64,000 nt of DNA from a virus (Duplodnaviria; Heunggongvirae; Uroviricota; Caudoviricetes). Below the pieces are notes generated by a model. That model worked only from the letters and a program-made list of their open reading frames with translations, made no database searches and was not told the origin of the DNA. The translations under genes were made by a program, and so were the position numbers. Within the stretch, counting starts at the first letter, position 1. Each line of letters starts with the position of its first letter. The DNA is taken from IMG/VR virus record IMGVR_UViG_3300044712_000123; one strand, written 5' to 3'. Below are positions 42,101 through 50,865 of this stretch, one piece after another.

Positions 42101-42532
42101 CCACAAAATAGGAACATTGCCTAAATTAAAGCCATTAAGGTCAGTTAAGTTTTGAGTCGTTTGAATACTAGTAACTTTAAGGTACCCTTGTCCTGCTAAG
42201 TTACGCTTAGGTGTATAGCTTACTAAGTTTGCTAACTTGACAACTGAATCTCTACGCTCTGCGGTGTCGATGAAGTTTTCTCGTGCGTTTAAGTCATTAC
42301 GGAACGCAAGACCTTGCCCCATGAACGCAATAACGTCAAGTAAGGCAATAAATTCAGACGACTCAATATAGTCATTATACGTTTCCGGATAGTAGATACG
42401 CAGATAATCGATGAAACTCTTACGCAGAGTTTCATAGTCGTAACTTTTAAAGTCGGCTTGGCTGAAGGTTTGATATATTGCCTTCCAGTCGTTTACCCCG
42501 AATAATGATGATTGTCTTGAACTTGTAGCCAT
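39140..42532 (-). CDS. Baseplate wedge subunit, T4 gp6-like
   Basis: DFKSYDYETLR, ARENFIDTAERRDSV..LA..VSY.P, FGDGVF, YYTQNRMVNGEDY. Confidence 0.88.
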   Translation of the reverse strand: MATSSRQSSLFGVNDWKAIYQTFSQADFKSYDYETLRKSFIDYLRIYYPETYNDYIESSEFIALLDVIAFMGQGLAFRNDLNARENFIDTAERRDSVVKLANLVSYTPKRNLAGQGYLKVTSIQTTQNLTDLNGFNLGNVPILWNDPANPNWKEQFNTIINATLINTQKVGRPGNSAQLLGIATDEYTMSIPPNTLPIVPFSSSVNGTNMNFELCSVTSVGTDYIYEIPPAPSNKFNMLYRNDKLGYGSPNTGFFFYFKQGQTQTFDFTLQQQIANQVVDIDIQGVNNTDTWLYQTNTNNGSPLLWKQVENVYADAYLQTETSAKRIFSVSSRFNDQVSYVFGDGVFSEIPVGSYRAYVRSGNALTYTIDPTEMQGLNISFSYISRLGRQETLTIGLSLQTPVSNAQARETLANIKQRAPSRYYTQNRMVNGEDYNNFPYTLYSSIIKSKAINRSSVGVSKNLDLLDPTGKYSSTNCIGTDGALYQDSSDGSILLTINNQSDIITFLTGTLASALSSNIKPRATQYYTQYYPRYEINTASGDGTVYWQSSTVDNNSQTGYFYTLNGSVKTAVALGTYSTHNVKYITKGAMVKFIAPAGYYFDNNNRLVAGIASPSDKTFIWTSILNVIGDGYNNGDGQFSNGTGPVTINGYVPAGALIDTLNPSVLPAFSNSLPQTVLNECLIRMELNQSFSLIFDNSLTIAQDRWSVSTYNDPNYFVNFQSTGYNRYVITYRSLAYFFGSVSDTRFTYETGKLVYDPFTGKVLQDYIDVLPTNTQPNSTYPFGIGIKSNVIGQTVQSDGYIDDYTVEVSSIDINDRTLITNPDFFQQVTGFNASSSNIGIYVFFQLIQDAVNLSRYQIIPSTDVIYQYPTQAQIEIAKYEYPEGQLFYAYSENKFYISVQDDTINTPYFNLIVQTQYMMMTGRQGLQFQYRHNSNNTTRIDPATTNIIDLYVVTQSYYTQYQNWIQDTTNTIPEPNRPTINELNQEYSKINDYKMISDSTVLNSVVFKPLFGAKAAPQLRGTIKVIKNQNTNASDSEIRSAVLTSMNNYFAINNWNFGDTFYFSELSAFLHSEVGELISSAVLVPNDPTMKFGDLYEIKSTPYEIFVNAATANDVVVISALTPAELQIA

Positions 42533-42549
42533 AAGTGTTCTCTTTTAAG

Positions 42550-42557
42550 TATTTATC
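42550..42557 (-). promoter_or_regulatory. Putative late promoter (GATAAATA)
   Basis: Octamer in the intergenic gap upstream of the gp6-like gene. Confidence 0.7.
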
Positions 42558-42578
42558 ATACTTGGAAAACACGGTTTT

Positions 42579-43028
42579 TTACTGGGCTATTGCTCGATTC
42601 GTTGCGTTATCAAAGAAAACATTCAATGTAGTTGCGTCATTGAAGGGCGTGACTGCTATCTCTACTTCAAGCAAAATTCCGTTATCCTGAGGATACGCCT
42701 TCACTGTGTTTAATATCATTCTAGGGTCTAAACTAGCGATCCTGCGTATCTCGTTTTCTAACTGAAACTGAACATCCAATGTGTTGGGTTCGAACACAAA
42801 AGACCACAGTGATGTGCCATACCCAGGTTGTCCAACTTTTTGCCCTTGCTGAATGTTTAACGCATTGATAAAGTCTTGAATAACCAATTGTTCGTCAACT
42901 GTTTGAAACTTTTTACCATAGACTATTGGTTTTAAAATGCCACCAGTACCGCCGTCAGCTCCGGCAGATAAGTTAGTTGATCTAGGTTTATTAGCGTTGA
43001 TAGTACTGAATCCGATATATGTTGGCAT
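42579..43028 (-). CDS. Baseplate wedge protein, T4 gp25-like
   Basis: LNIQQGQKVGQPGYGTSLWSFVFEP...DPR (gp25/GPW motif variant). Confidence 0.85.
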   Translation of the reverse strand: MPTYIGFSTINANKPRSTNLSAGADGGTGGILKPIVYGKKFQTVDEQLVIQDFINALNIQQGQKVGQPGYGTSLWSFVFEPNTLDVQFQLENEIRRIASLDPRMILNTVKAYPQDNGILLEVEIAVTPFNDATTLNVFFDNATNRAIAQ

Positions 43029-43043
43029 TTTTAATCCTCTGAA

Positions 43044-43051
43044 TATTTATG
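43044..43051 (-). promoter_or_regulatory. Putative late promoter (CATAAATA)
   Basis: Octamer overlapping the upstream stop codon; GAGGA RBS follows. Confidence 0.6.
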
Positions 43052-46000
43052 CACTTTGTTGTGATAGTAGCTCATCAAGTTTGGTCGTTGCAGCGGTAAC
43101 AGCAATTTCTGCAACATCAACTGCTCTTTTCAAATTAGCAAGTTCAGGATCACCCTGTGGTAAAGAGTTCAATGCATTCTGATATTCATTGTTTGCAGTC
43201 TCTGCGTCTAGTGTAGCCTGTGCAATACTACTAGATGCTGCTTCAATTTCTTGATTTAGCAAAGCTGCCTTTTCTTCGGCTTGTACACTTGGTGATTTTA
43301 CTTTCAATGTTCCACTAAAGTTTGGTGACGGAATCTTTGGATTACCTAATACTTTAGACAATTGACCACTTATACTTGATCTGTCAGTAGTGTTAACTGC
43401 GACTGTCGGGAGTTTGACGGGTGCTGCACCACCTGAACCCAGAGCACTGATTGAGGCTGCTAGTTGTGCAGCCGCATCCGCCGGCAACCCAGTAGATGCT
43501 AATGATGTAAGAGAAGTATCCTTAAGTTTTCCTAAAGTTCCCGAAACATCCCCTGCAAGTTTATTAGATGCTCCTAATATGCTATTCGCAATTCCCGTCC
43601 CGCCTGGTAATTTGCTAGTGATGCCTGCGACTGTTTTACCCAGTGAGCTTATTGTGCCTGAAATTCCATTTGTTACAGCACTGAAGGCGTTCTTAGCTAC
43701 AGCAGTTACTGCGCTCAATCCTGGAACATTGTTTGGTGAGCCAGGAGTATTATTAACTACAGACGATATTGTTTGCTGTCCTCCAGGAATTCCTGATAAG
43801 TTTAAATTAACAGAAGAAGCTAGTTTACTTACTGCACCGGTAACAGATCCAACAGCACCAGAAACTGCACTGAGTAGTCCTCCACCCGAAGATGCTTGTG
43901 AACCTGCAGCATTCTTAGCTGCGATAGCAGTCAAATCTTGAGGAACACCTGACTTGAATGGCTTGAAGGCAGCTGTAATAGAAGCAAACGCTCCACCTAC
44001 GATACCCTTTGCAGACTTGAGTAAGCTGTCCCCTGCACTACTTAATGCAGCACCCAATGATCCAAGACCACTTGTTATGTTTCCTGATAAGTTTGCAGCA
44101 AAGTTTCCAGAAGACATTGCCTTTGTGACTGCGGTACCTGCACCGGTAACCGCAGATACTGCGCTACCAGCAAGATTATTACCAACAGTCTTTACAAAAT
44201 TAATAGTTGCTGATATACCTGCGGTCGCGCCTGCCGTTACTAAACCTGCAATCTGATTTGGTGCTTCTTTGCCGGTAATCACTCCTGCATTAGTCAATGC
44301 AGTCTGTGATTTTTTCATATTAGTTACTTGTGCAGCAGCTTGTGCTGTTGGATTTTTCACAAACGATGGTAAGTTTGTTACTCCGTTTGTTCCAGTAAAC
44401 AAGTTAGGCGGCAACGCTTTCTCAATCGATGCTCCTGATTTGATTGCATTTTCTACCAAACTAGCTGATCCTGGCTTTATAATATTTGCAGACTCTAATT
44501 GCGCAGGGGACATTGCCATTGCACCAATTGCTGCAACTTTTCCATCAGAAGTATCTACTATACCTGCGCCTGCCAATACTGCTGATGCTGCAGGGCCTGT
44601 AGCAGCATCTCTAGCAGTAGCTGCAATCATTGCACCGGTTGTGTTACTGTCTAATGCGTCACTGACTGAGCCAACGTTTGGTGCGGTTGATGACGTAGCA
44701 ACTGTTACTGGGCTTTCAGGTTCAGATGGTACTGAATTATTTGCGGCAGCAACGCTAGCACTAGGATCACTAGGAAGAGAACTATCAGCGGCCAAATCAA
44801 CTTTAACATCCACACCTTGACCCCAATTAGCCCAAGGAGCATGTGCCGGTGCTCTACTGACGATACTCATTAATTTACCAGGAGCAGGAGCAAAGCCTAC
44901 AGTAGCATCGAATAATGTATCAGTGTGCGCAATAGTTGTCATTGGATCAACTTCTGCTGGAATCAGTGATGTGGCTCCTGAATTTAAGTTTACTTTACTA
45001 CCATTGATATATGCATCACCGTCAGCTATCAATGCAGAATCCCCTGCAGCAGCAAGACTCATTGATCCTTTAACTTTAATTGTATATGATCCCAATGTAT
45101 AGTTGTTGAACGTGCCACCAATTCTGAATTTTGTGTCAGTTTTACTTGAAACGTTGATATTGTCAGCCGCAATATTTAAATCTTTCATCGCATTGATATT
45201 GATGTTATTATCAGCGTGTAAGTTTAGATCACCTTGAGTTCTGATGTTTACTGAGTTAGTAGCGTACATATCGATTGTACCTTCTTTACCTAACTCAATC
45301 CAAGACTGGCCATTGCTATGCATGATGTTCAAACATTGACCATCATCACTCATCATAATCTGATGACCCAATGCTGTTCTGATTCTTATTAGTTGATCTT
45401 TGCCAATCAAATCACCGTCATCTAACACAATACTATGTCCACCGCGACGACCAATGACCGTCAATTTTTCCGGTGAAGCAGAACTTAAACTATCAGCAAC
45501 AGTGCTATCATCATACCCTCCGCTATAGATAGGACGACCCGGAGAACTAACTCCCCAACCAACTCTCGATGGACTTTCTCGTTGGGCACTACTTGATATA
45601 GGACCTCTAATTGGGTCTCTTAATAATCCCTGTTGATTATAGATAGATGCAACATAGCTATGTACAGGTTTAGCCGCTGCTAAGAATGAATCGCTGTTAG
45701 CTAGTGATCCATTGTTAGTATTCATGTTGCTAACAGGTAACACAGGTGAGCCGCCGTAACTACTAGCTTCGCCTTCGTTTAATATCACGTTACTGCTTGC
45801 ACCAATAGCAGGAACCATATGAAGTGCTTCAGGAGATGGGGCACACCCAATCCAATAGCCGTAATTAGGGTCACCGTTGATAAAGATACAGATAACTTTG
45901 CTACCAATATCCGGTGGACTAAACCACATGCCATAACTACTAGGATTCTGTAGATAACTGCCATACCCCGTAGATGATCCGGTGGCAGCAGTCAGACCAT

Positions 46001-46214
46001 AAAAAGGTGTCATAAAGCTAACAGTAACCCACGTAGAGCTATCATTTGAATCTTCAGATCCAAAATCACCTAAGTATACCTGTAGTCTACCACTACGAGT
46101 TGGATCAACGTTGTCTTTGACAATAGCAAGTACTGGTTCAGATCGTACGGCGCCACCGCCTGCGTCTGGTTTGCTAGCCTTAATTTGACCTTTTGCTTTA
46201 AAATTGTCTTGCAT
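43047..46214 (-). CDS. Baseplate hub/central spike, T4 gp5/VgrG-like
   Basis: OB-fold (VKDNVDPTRSGRLQV..PDIGSKV..F.NGDPN), beta-helix repeats (GDLNLHADNNININA), long Ala/Ser/Gly-rich C-terminus. Confidence 0.8.
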   Translation of the reverse strand: MQDNFKAKGQIKASKPDAGGGAVRSEPVLAIVKDNVDPTRSGRLQVYLGDFGSEDSNDSSTWVTVSFMTPFYGLTAATGSSTGYGSYLQNPSSYGMWFSPPDIGSKVICIFINGDPNYGYWIGCAPSPEALHMVPAIGASSNVILNEGEASSYGGSPVLPVSNMNTNNGSLANSDSFLAAAKPVHSYVASIYNQQGLLRDPIRGPISSSAQRESPSRVGWGVSSPGRPIYSGGYDDSTVADSLSSASPEKLTVIGRRGGHSIVLDDGDLIGKDQLIRIRTALGHQIMMSDDGQCLNIMHSNGQSWIELGKEGTIDMYATNSVNIRTQGDLNLHADNNININAMKDLNIAADNINVSSKTDTKFRIGGTFNNYTLGSYTIKVKGSMSLAAAGDSALIADGDAYINGSKVNLNSGATSLIPAEVDPMTTIAHTDTLFDATVGFAPAPGKLMSIVSRAPAHAPWANWGQGVDVKVDLAADSSLPSDPSASVAAANNSVPSEPESPVTVATSSTAPNVGSVSDALDSNTTGAMIAATARDAATGPAASAVLAGAGIVDTSDGKVAAIGAMAMSPAQLESANIIKPGSASLVENAIKSGASIEKALPPNLFTGTNGVTNLPSFVKNPTAQAAAQVTNMKKSQTALTNAGVITGKEAPNQIAGLVTAGATAGISATINFVKTVGNNLAGSAVSAVTGAGTAVTKAMSSGNFAANLSGNITSGLGSLGAALSSAGDSLLKSAKGIVGGAFASITAAFKPFKSGVPQDLTAIAAKNAAGSQASSGGGLLSAVSGAVGSVTGAVSKLASSVNLNLSGIPGGQQTISSVVNNTPGSPNNVPGLSAVTAVAKNAFSAVTNGISGTISSLGKTVAGITSKLPGGTGIANSILGASNKLAGDVSGTLGKLKDTSLTSLASTGLPADAAAQLAASISALGSGGAAPVKLPTVAVNTTDRSSISGQLSKVLGNPKIPSPNFSGTLKVKSPSVQAEEKAALLNQEIEAASSSIAQATLDAETANNEYQNALNSLPQGDPELANLKRAVDVAEIAVTAATTKLDELLSQQSA

Positions 46215-46216
46215 AA

Positions 46217-48727
46217 TTATTCTCTACCACTTTCTTCCAGTTGCGTTAGATAATCGCTACTTACAGCGTCATCATTGACAACTTCAGTTCCGGTACCTGT
46301 CGGTGATGTTATCTCGCCAACAGGGGATCCGTTATAGAATGCATCTGCGGCATCTGCTTCGTTTAGTGCATCTTGATACGCTATAGCTTCGTCTACTCCT
46401 GTTGCATCATCAGCTTGTACAAATCCAGTGTTGGCGCTTGTGCTAGTGCCTGATTGATTAGGTGATTGTGATGTGCTACTAACTCTAGCCTCTCTTGCTG
46501 CTGAGTTCGCTGCTGCCTCAGCGTCAGATATGCCATCAAACGTATTGATAGTGCAGTTTAATTCCTGTACGAACTTACCTTTACTGAATGTGCTAGTCAC
46601 CTTATTTAACATGTAACTAACTCCCTTGACTTGCGCTGCAATTGAAGGAGGATATTGCTGCATTAGAATACTTTCATTTATAGTCATCAATCCAGTAGAG
46701 TTGTTATAATCAACTGCTTCCTTGAAATCAATTTCAATGAAGACTTGACCTCCATTTGGATTGATAGTATATCCATCAGTTCCATAAAACTGATTATAAA
46801 CATAAGATTCATTAGTTGAGCTTGCCGCAGATTCTGTCATTAGAAAGTCAGGGTCACCTAAAATTACAATTTTAGCTTTGCCCCATGATCCAGGATCAAA
46901 CAAACTTGTCAAGAATTCGTTCTGTGCTCCCATACCATTATCTAATCTACCCTGTTTGATTTGATTTGTCTGCTTGCCGGGTATAGTTGGAATCTGTGCT
47001 GTTCCACCAGATCCTTGACTTCCCTTCTTATCATTCTGAGCGATAACAACGTTAGTAAACGTGTTATCCATCACTTGTTCATACGAAATAATTTCTGAGT
47101 TTTTTCCAGAGTACCAGTATTCATAACGCTTATGTGCCCCGTAATATTTTGGAGTCTTTCCAATAACAGGTGACACTACTACCGGTGTATCATATGGTTG
47201 AATCAAGAAAGTGATGTTATATGCAAAATCACTTGTCTTTGGATCCCAGCCCTTGCATATTACTTGTGACGATATGTTATACCATTTGATAGTTTTTGTC
47301 TGTGAATTTACAATTTCATCTTCTGAATCATCTTCCGGGTCAATGTCAGTAGTGTAAACAGTCTTTAACGCTTTTTCTAAGAAACTACTTTGTGCTATCG
47401 TTAACCCAATGGCCTGTAATATCGGAGTACCATTTCTGAAAGTTAGTTGTCTCTTGGTACTGTTTGGAACTGCCTTTTCTGATAGTGCATCGTTAGAGTC
47501 TTTTGTAGTCTTAGATTTTGCCATTGGCAATTTTGATTTATCTAAATCAGCTTTACTAACAATGGTTTGGTTTCCAATCTGAGCTTTAGCGTCACCTAGC
47601 CATTCAATGTTATACGTAGTAGCCATACCCGGAGATATAGACCCGTTTTTCTCTAACTCTTTCTGGTCGTTATTTAATTTAGTTAGTATACCAATGACAC
47701 CTTTATCAGGGTCGTTTCCTATAAGTGCTTCTTCTACTGTACCTGCAACAACTTTAGCACCACGATCAATAATACCTCGCTTCGTACCAAATGCAACGTT
47801 AGGTGACATTGCCGCAGCAGTAATATTGTACGTTGTAGCCTTACCGTCAATTTTAAATTTTAATGAACGAATATTGATATCCCAAAATCGTTCGAATACA
47901 CCATCACTGTTACCTGCAGGGTTAAAGGTATCACCTGCATACATTTCTTTACCTGTTATAGGGGCTCCGTTTATATCATAACCTTGAAAACGAACTCCCA
48001 AGATAAAGAACTGACGAGTTGGATTTTTTAGCTTAGAAAAATTCTTTGACTTGCTTGCTTGTTGTAGCACATTCGTTGCGTTTCTTAATTTACTGATGAA
48101 CGAAAATCCATATGGTTCTATGATGTTGAACGTCATGTCTTGCGTGTTAGTAGAAGTACCGTTTTCTTTTGTTCCTACTGCTGTAGACATTCTTAAATCA
48201 TCAATGTAAAAATCATAGTTAAAGCCAGGGGCGCGTTTGATACTACCCTCAGGTACTCCTCCTGATTGTGCTACGATAAACGCACCATTTGATTGTACTT
48301 GTGGTTGTGCGGCTGCACTATTCGAAGTAACATCATTGATGGCATTTATTCTTCTTCTTCCTGACTTAACAAAGGCATCATATGCGTCTGGTGTAATCAT
48401 GTACAATGTTAATTGATAAGTGTAACTTGCAAAGTCACCTAATGGATTTCTTGTTCTCTTGCCTGGTTTAGAAGTGGACGGAGAAGCTGCTGGAGTAGAT
48501 GTTTTGCCAGCGACGGTAGTTCCGGCATTTAAAGGAAGCGAAGTACTAGACGATGGAGTACCATCACTTTCATAGTATGTGGTTGGACTAGCTATTTCAG
48601 TGTTTTGATTACCGATATCATCATCTGCACCGCCGCTATTGATGTACTCATAGTTTTGTTGGTCGACTTGTTCTGCTGCCGTAGCTTCTTCTATGACGTT
48701 ACCAAACTCATCTACTGTTGTTGCCAT
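46217..48727 (-). CDS. Baseplate hub protein, gp27/GPD-like
   Basis: NPLGDFASYTY, FNIIEPYGFSF, ILGDPDFL, Y..NKVTSTFSKGKFVQEL; position between gp53-like and gp5-like genes. Confidence 0.65.
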   Translation of the reverse strand: MATTVDEFGNVIEEATAAEQVDQQNYEYINSGGADDDIGNQNTEIASPTTYYESDGTPSSSTSLPLNAGTTVAGKTSTPAASPSTSKPGKRTRNPLGDFASYTYQLTLYMITPDAYDAFVKSGRRRINAINDVTSNSAAAQPQVQSNGAFIVAQSGGVPEGSIKRAPGFNYDFYIDDLRMSTAVGTKENGTSTNTQDMTFNIIEPYGFSFISKLRNATNVLQQASKSKNFSKLKNPTRQFFILGVRFQGYDINGAPITGKEMYAGDTFNPAGNSDGVFERFWDINIRSLKFKIDGKATTYNITAAAMSPNVAFGTKRGIIDRGAKVVAGTVEEALIGNDPDKGVIGILTKLNNDQKELEKNGSISPGMATTYNIEWLGDAKAQIGNQTIVSKADLDKSKLPMAKSKTTKDSNDALSEKAVPNSTKRQLTFRNGTPILQAIGLTIAQSSFLEKALKTVYTTDIDPEDDSEDEIVNSQTKTIKWYNISSQVICKGWDPKTSDFAYNITFLIQPYDTPVVVSPVIGKTPKYYGAHKRYEYWYSGKNSEIISYEQVMDNTFTNVVIAQNDKKGSQGSGGTAQIPTIPGKQTNQIKQGRLDNGMGAQNEFLTSLFDPGSWGKAKIVILGDPDFLMTESAASSTNESYVYNQFYGTDGYTINPNGGQVFIEIDFKEAVDYNNSTGLMTINESILMQQYPPSIAAQVKGVSYMLNKVTSTFSKGKFVQELNCTINTFDGISDAEAAANSAAREARVSSTSQSPNQSGTSTSANTGFVQADDATGVDEAIAYQDALNEADAADAFYNGSPVGEITSPTGTGTEVVNDDAVSSDYLTQLEESGRE

Positions 48728-48728
48728 C

Positions 48729-49040
48729 TTATAGTCCTAACCATTGAGTTAAGTTCTCTGATTTTGGTAGGTAAATACCAACTCCCGTAACAAAATCAAA
48801 ATACGGGTCTTTCAATCTGTTTGGGTTACGTTGGGCAAACACCCACCATAATCTACTATCACCATATAAGTCATATGCTAGTAGATCAGGTCTGTATTCA
48901 TAAACTGTTGTGATTTCCCAATATCTGTCAGAGCCCAACATTGGGATGGGTCGATTTATCATCACATCTAAAAATTTACCGTTGACGATACCTGTATTTT
49001 TATAGGGACTTGTTGATGGATATAAACTATTTGAAGCCAT
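48729..49040 (-). CDS. Baseplate wedge protein, T4 gp53-like (LysM-like)
   Basis: YRPDLLAYDLYGDSRLWWVFAQRN. Confidence 0.85.
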   Translation of the reverse strand: MASNSLYPSTSPYKNTGIVNGKFLDVMINRPIPMLGSDRYWEITTVYEYRPDLLAYDLYGDSRLWWVFAQRNPNRLKDPYFDFVTGVGIYLPKSENLTQWLGL

Positions 49041-50737
49041 TACCAGATACCTCCAGTTGAATTTTGATTTCCGCGTAATAATTTACCTGTCGCATATTCA
49101 GTTAGACTGAATTTGTTACTGATATCATTTCTTGATACTACCGGAACGGCTGATATTTGTATTTGCATTTTCGTAGGAACATATGTTGGTTCAATAGAAC
49201 CTGCAGGAGTTTTCCACTTGACTGCTGTGTTGCCCAGTGGTCCTAGTCTTAACTTTGATATGTTGTATGTATTATTTGGAATGTTCTCCGCAGATTTATT
49301 AACTCCTGCGTTTGTTGTAGTATTCGTTGCTCTTATATAGTCAACATCATTAGGCAAGCTATAGTTGAAGCTAGTGATAACTAAAGGATGGTTGTTGAAT
49401 TGAAATGCACCCATACCATTCAAATAACATAGAGGAGGAGGTGATCCGATGTTTGGTTTCTTATCTTTACCATAGAACATCTTAGTGGCCGAACGGAAGA
49501 AATGAATGACCGCAAGTAAGTAATTTGCTTCAAAGGTATCTTGTGCAGTGAAGTCACATGAGATACTGATTTGATCTACACTACTTCCTTTATACTGATA
49601 AATTTTGTAGTTGCTATGAACTAACTCTGTAGGGTCATAGTTAGCAGCGTAGGTAACCGATACTTGAGGAGTGTATGGGAACAATACACCGTTCGTTGCT
49701 TGAAGCGGCGCGAGAATGCCAGGGTCACCTTCTGCGTTATATAAATATTTTCCACCAGGCGCAATACTTAACACAACTCTCCAGTCTCTTTCTTGCTGCG
49801 AGTTGTCTACATCTTGTTGAGTGGCTTTTGAATTAGTATTCAGCTTTGCACCAGTTAACCCAACTAATGATCCGGTTGAAGGGAAAGATAACTCACCCAA
49901 TCCTGCTTGCGAATCACCCAGTGCAGATAACTCAATTTCATCAGGTGTCAGTTGCGGGAACGGTGTAGAAGTTGATGATGTACCATTATTTTCATAGTAA
50001 ACATTATCATCAGGAGGAGGAGAGAAATATGATGACTCACCAAAGCCGGCTTCTGCGTCACCCAACGCTGCAAGTGCTTCTTCATCGGGCGTTAGTTGTG
50101 GATAAGAAAACTCGTTACTAGCAGTGTCGTCATTTTCATAAAAAGTAGTAAATTCAGGTGAGCTATTATCTATTTGTTCGTCTACTATAATGCCGTCATT
50201 GTCATAAAAGACAGTACTATCCTGTGTTGGATAATTTTGTGCGATAAACGCTGCTGCGTTTGCTCTAGTCTCATCAGTGATGTATGGATTCTGACCAGTC
50301 TGAATTGCTCGGGTAGTAAGTGTGTCAGGTTGATCGGTGAGTGTTACATCAGTTGGGGCGCCAGGCTGGCTACTAGCCGGTTGAGTTACTGAGTTATCGA
50401 GCGGTGGTCCGGCTTCTGCCCTTGATTGTTGTAAAAATGCATTATTTAAGTCAGAATCGATTTCTGCAATGTCTCTTACTAAATTCGATGCAGCTAGGTT
50501 GGCTCCTTGAATTCTAGTGTTGTTTGCGTCAATTCTACTTTGAATAACTGCCATCAATGCCGAATCACCTGCAAGGTCGGCGGCAGCAAGTTGTGCTGAC
50601 AATGTTCGTTGTTGGTCTGAGTAACCCTGTAGACTGGATCTGACCCCAGTCAATTGGGTCAACACTGACTTTTTAACTGAGTCTAAATTATCGATTACTT
50701 GGCCCCACTCAGCCGCTGTTAGTACGTTATCTGCCAT
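49040..50737 (-). CDS. Tail tube initiator/baseplate-tube junction protein (gp48/gp54-like) with N-terminal extension
   Basis: C-terminal FPYTPQ..HSNY..HFFRSATKMFYG..GSPPP..YSLPNDVDY; N-terminal coiled coil and acidic repeats. Confidence 0.65.
   Translation of the reverse strand: MADNVLTAAEWGQVIDNLDSVKKSVLTQLTGVRSSLQGYSDQQRTLSAQLAAADLAGDSALMAVIQSRIDANNTRIQGANLAASNLVRDIAEIDSDLNNAFLQQSRAEAGPPLDNSVTQPASSQPGAPTDVTLTDQPDTLTTRAIQTGQNPYITDETRANAAAFIAQNYPTQDSTVFYDNDGIIVDEQIDNSSPEFTTFYENDDTASNEFSYPQLTPDEEALAALGDAEAGFGESSYFSPPPDDNVYYENNGTSSTSTPFPQLTPDEIELSALGDSQAGLGELSFPSTGSLVGLTGAKLNTNSKATQQDVDNSQQERDWRVVLSIAPGGKYLYNAEGDPGILAPLQATNGVLFPYTPQVSVTYAANYDPTELVHSNYKIYQYKGSSVDQISISCDFTAQDTFEANYLLAVIHFFRSATKMFYGKDKKPNIGSPPPLCYLNGMGAFQFNNHPLVITSFNYSLPNDVDYIRATNTTTNAGVNKSAENIPNNTYNISKLRLGPLGNTAVKWKTPAGSIEPTYVPTKMQIQISAVPVVSRNDISNKFSLTEYATGKLLRGNQNSTGGIW
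49885..50150 (-). repeat. Intragenic tandem repeat (about 2 x 48 codons)
   Basis: FYENDDTASNEFSYPQLTPDEEALAALGDAEAGFGE versus YYENNGTSSTSTPFPQLTPDEIELSALGDSQAGLGE. Confidence 0.8.
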
Positions 50738-50759
50738 AATATGTTGTTATCCTTACTTA

Positions 50760-50776
50760 TATTTATCGTATAAATA
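50760..50776. promoter_or_regulatory. Back-to-back late promoter motifs (GATAAATA on minus at 50760-50767; TATAAATA on plus at 50769-50776)
   Basis: Inverted repeat tatttat-cgt-ataaata between the divergent tail operon and gp55. Confidence 0.65.
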
Positions 50777-50810
50777 ATAGTGCATTTTTACCCTTTCTAT
50801 CCAAAACTAG

Positions 50811-50840
50811 TAGACTTCCTACTACGTTTCCTGCTATACT
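50811..50840 (+). promoter_or_regulatory. Sigma70-type promoter for gp55
   Basis: TAGACT, 18-nt spacer, TATACT with extended -10 TG. Confidence 0.65.
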
Positions 50841-50865
50841 AGCATCAACACAATAACGGAGAATT

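Noticed and set aside
43390-44820. Three long plus-strand ORFs (183, 100, 183 aa)
   Set aside because: Antisense to an Ala/Ser/Gly-rich region; codon bias suppresses stops on the opposite strand; no RBS or motifs
39140-50737. Bacterial contractile injection system or T6SS locus
   Set aside because: Portal, prohead core, late sigma and gp46/47 in the same window show a complete T4-like phage
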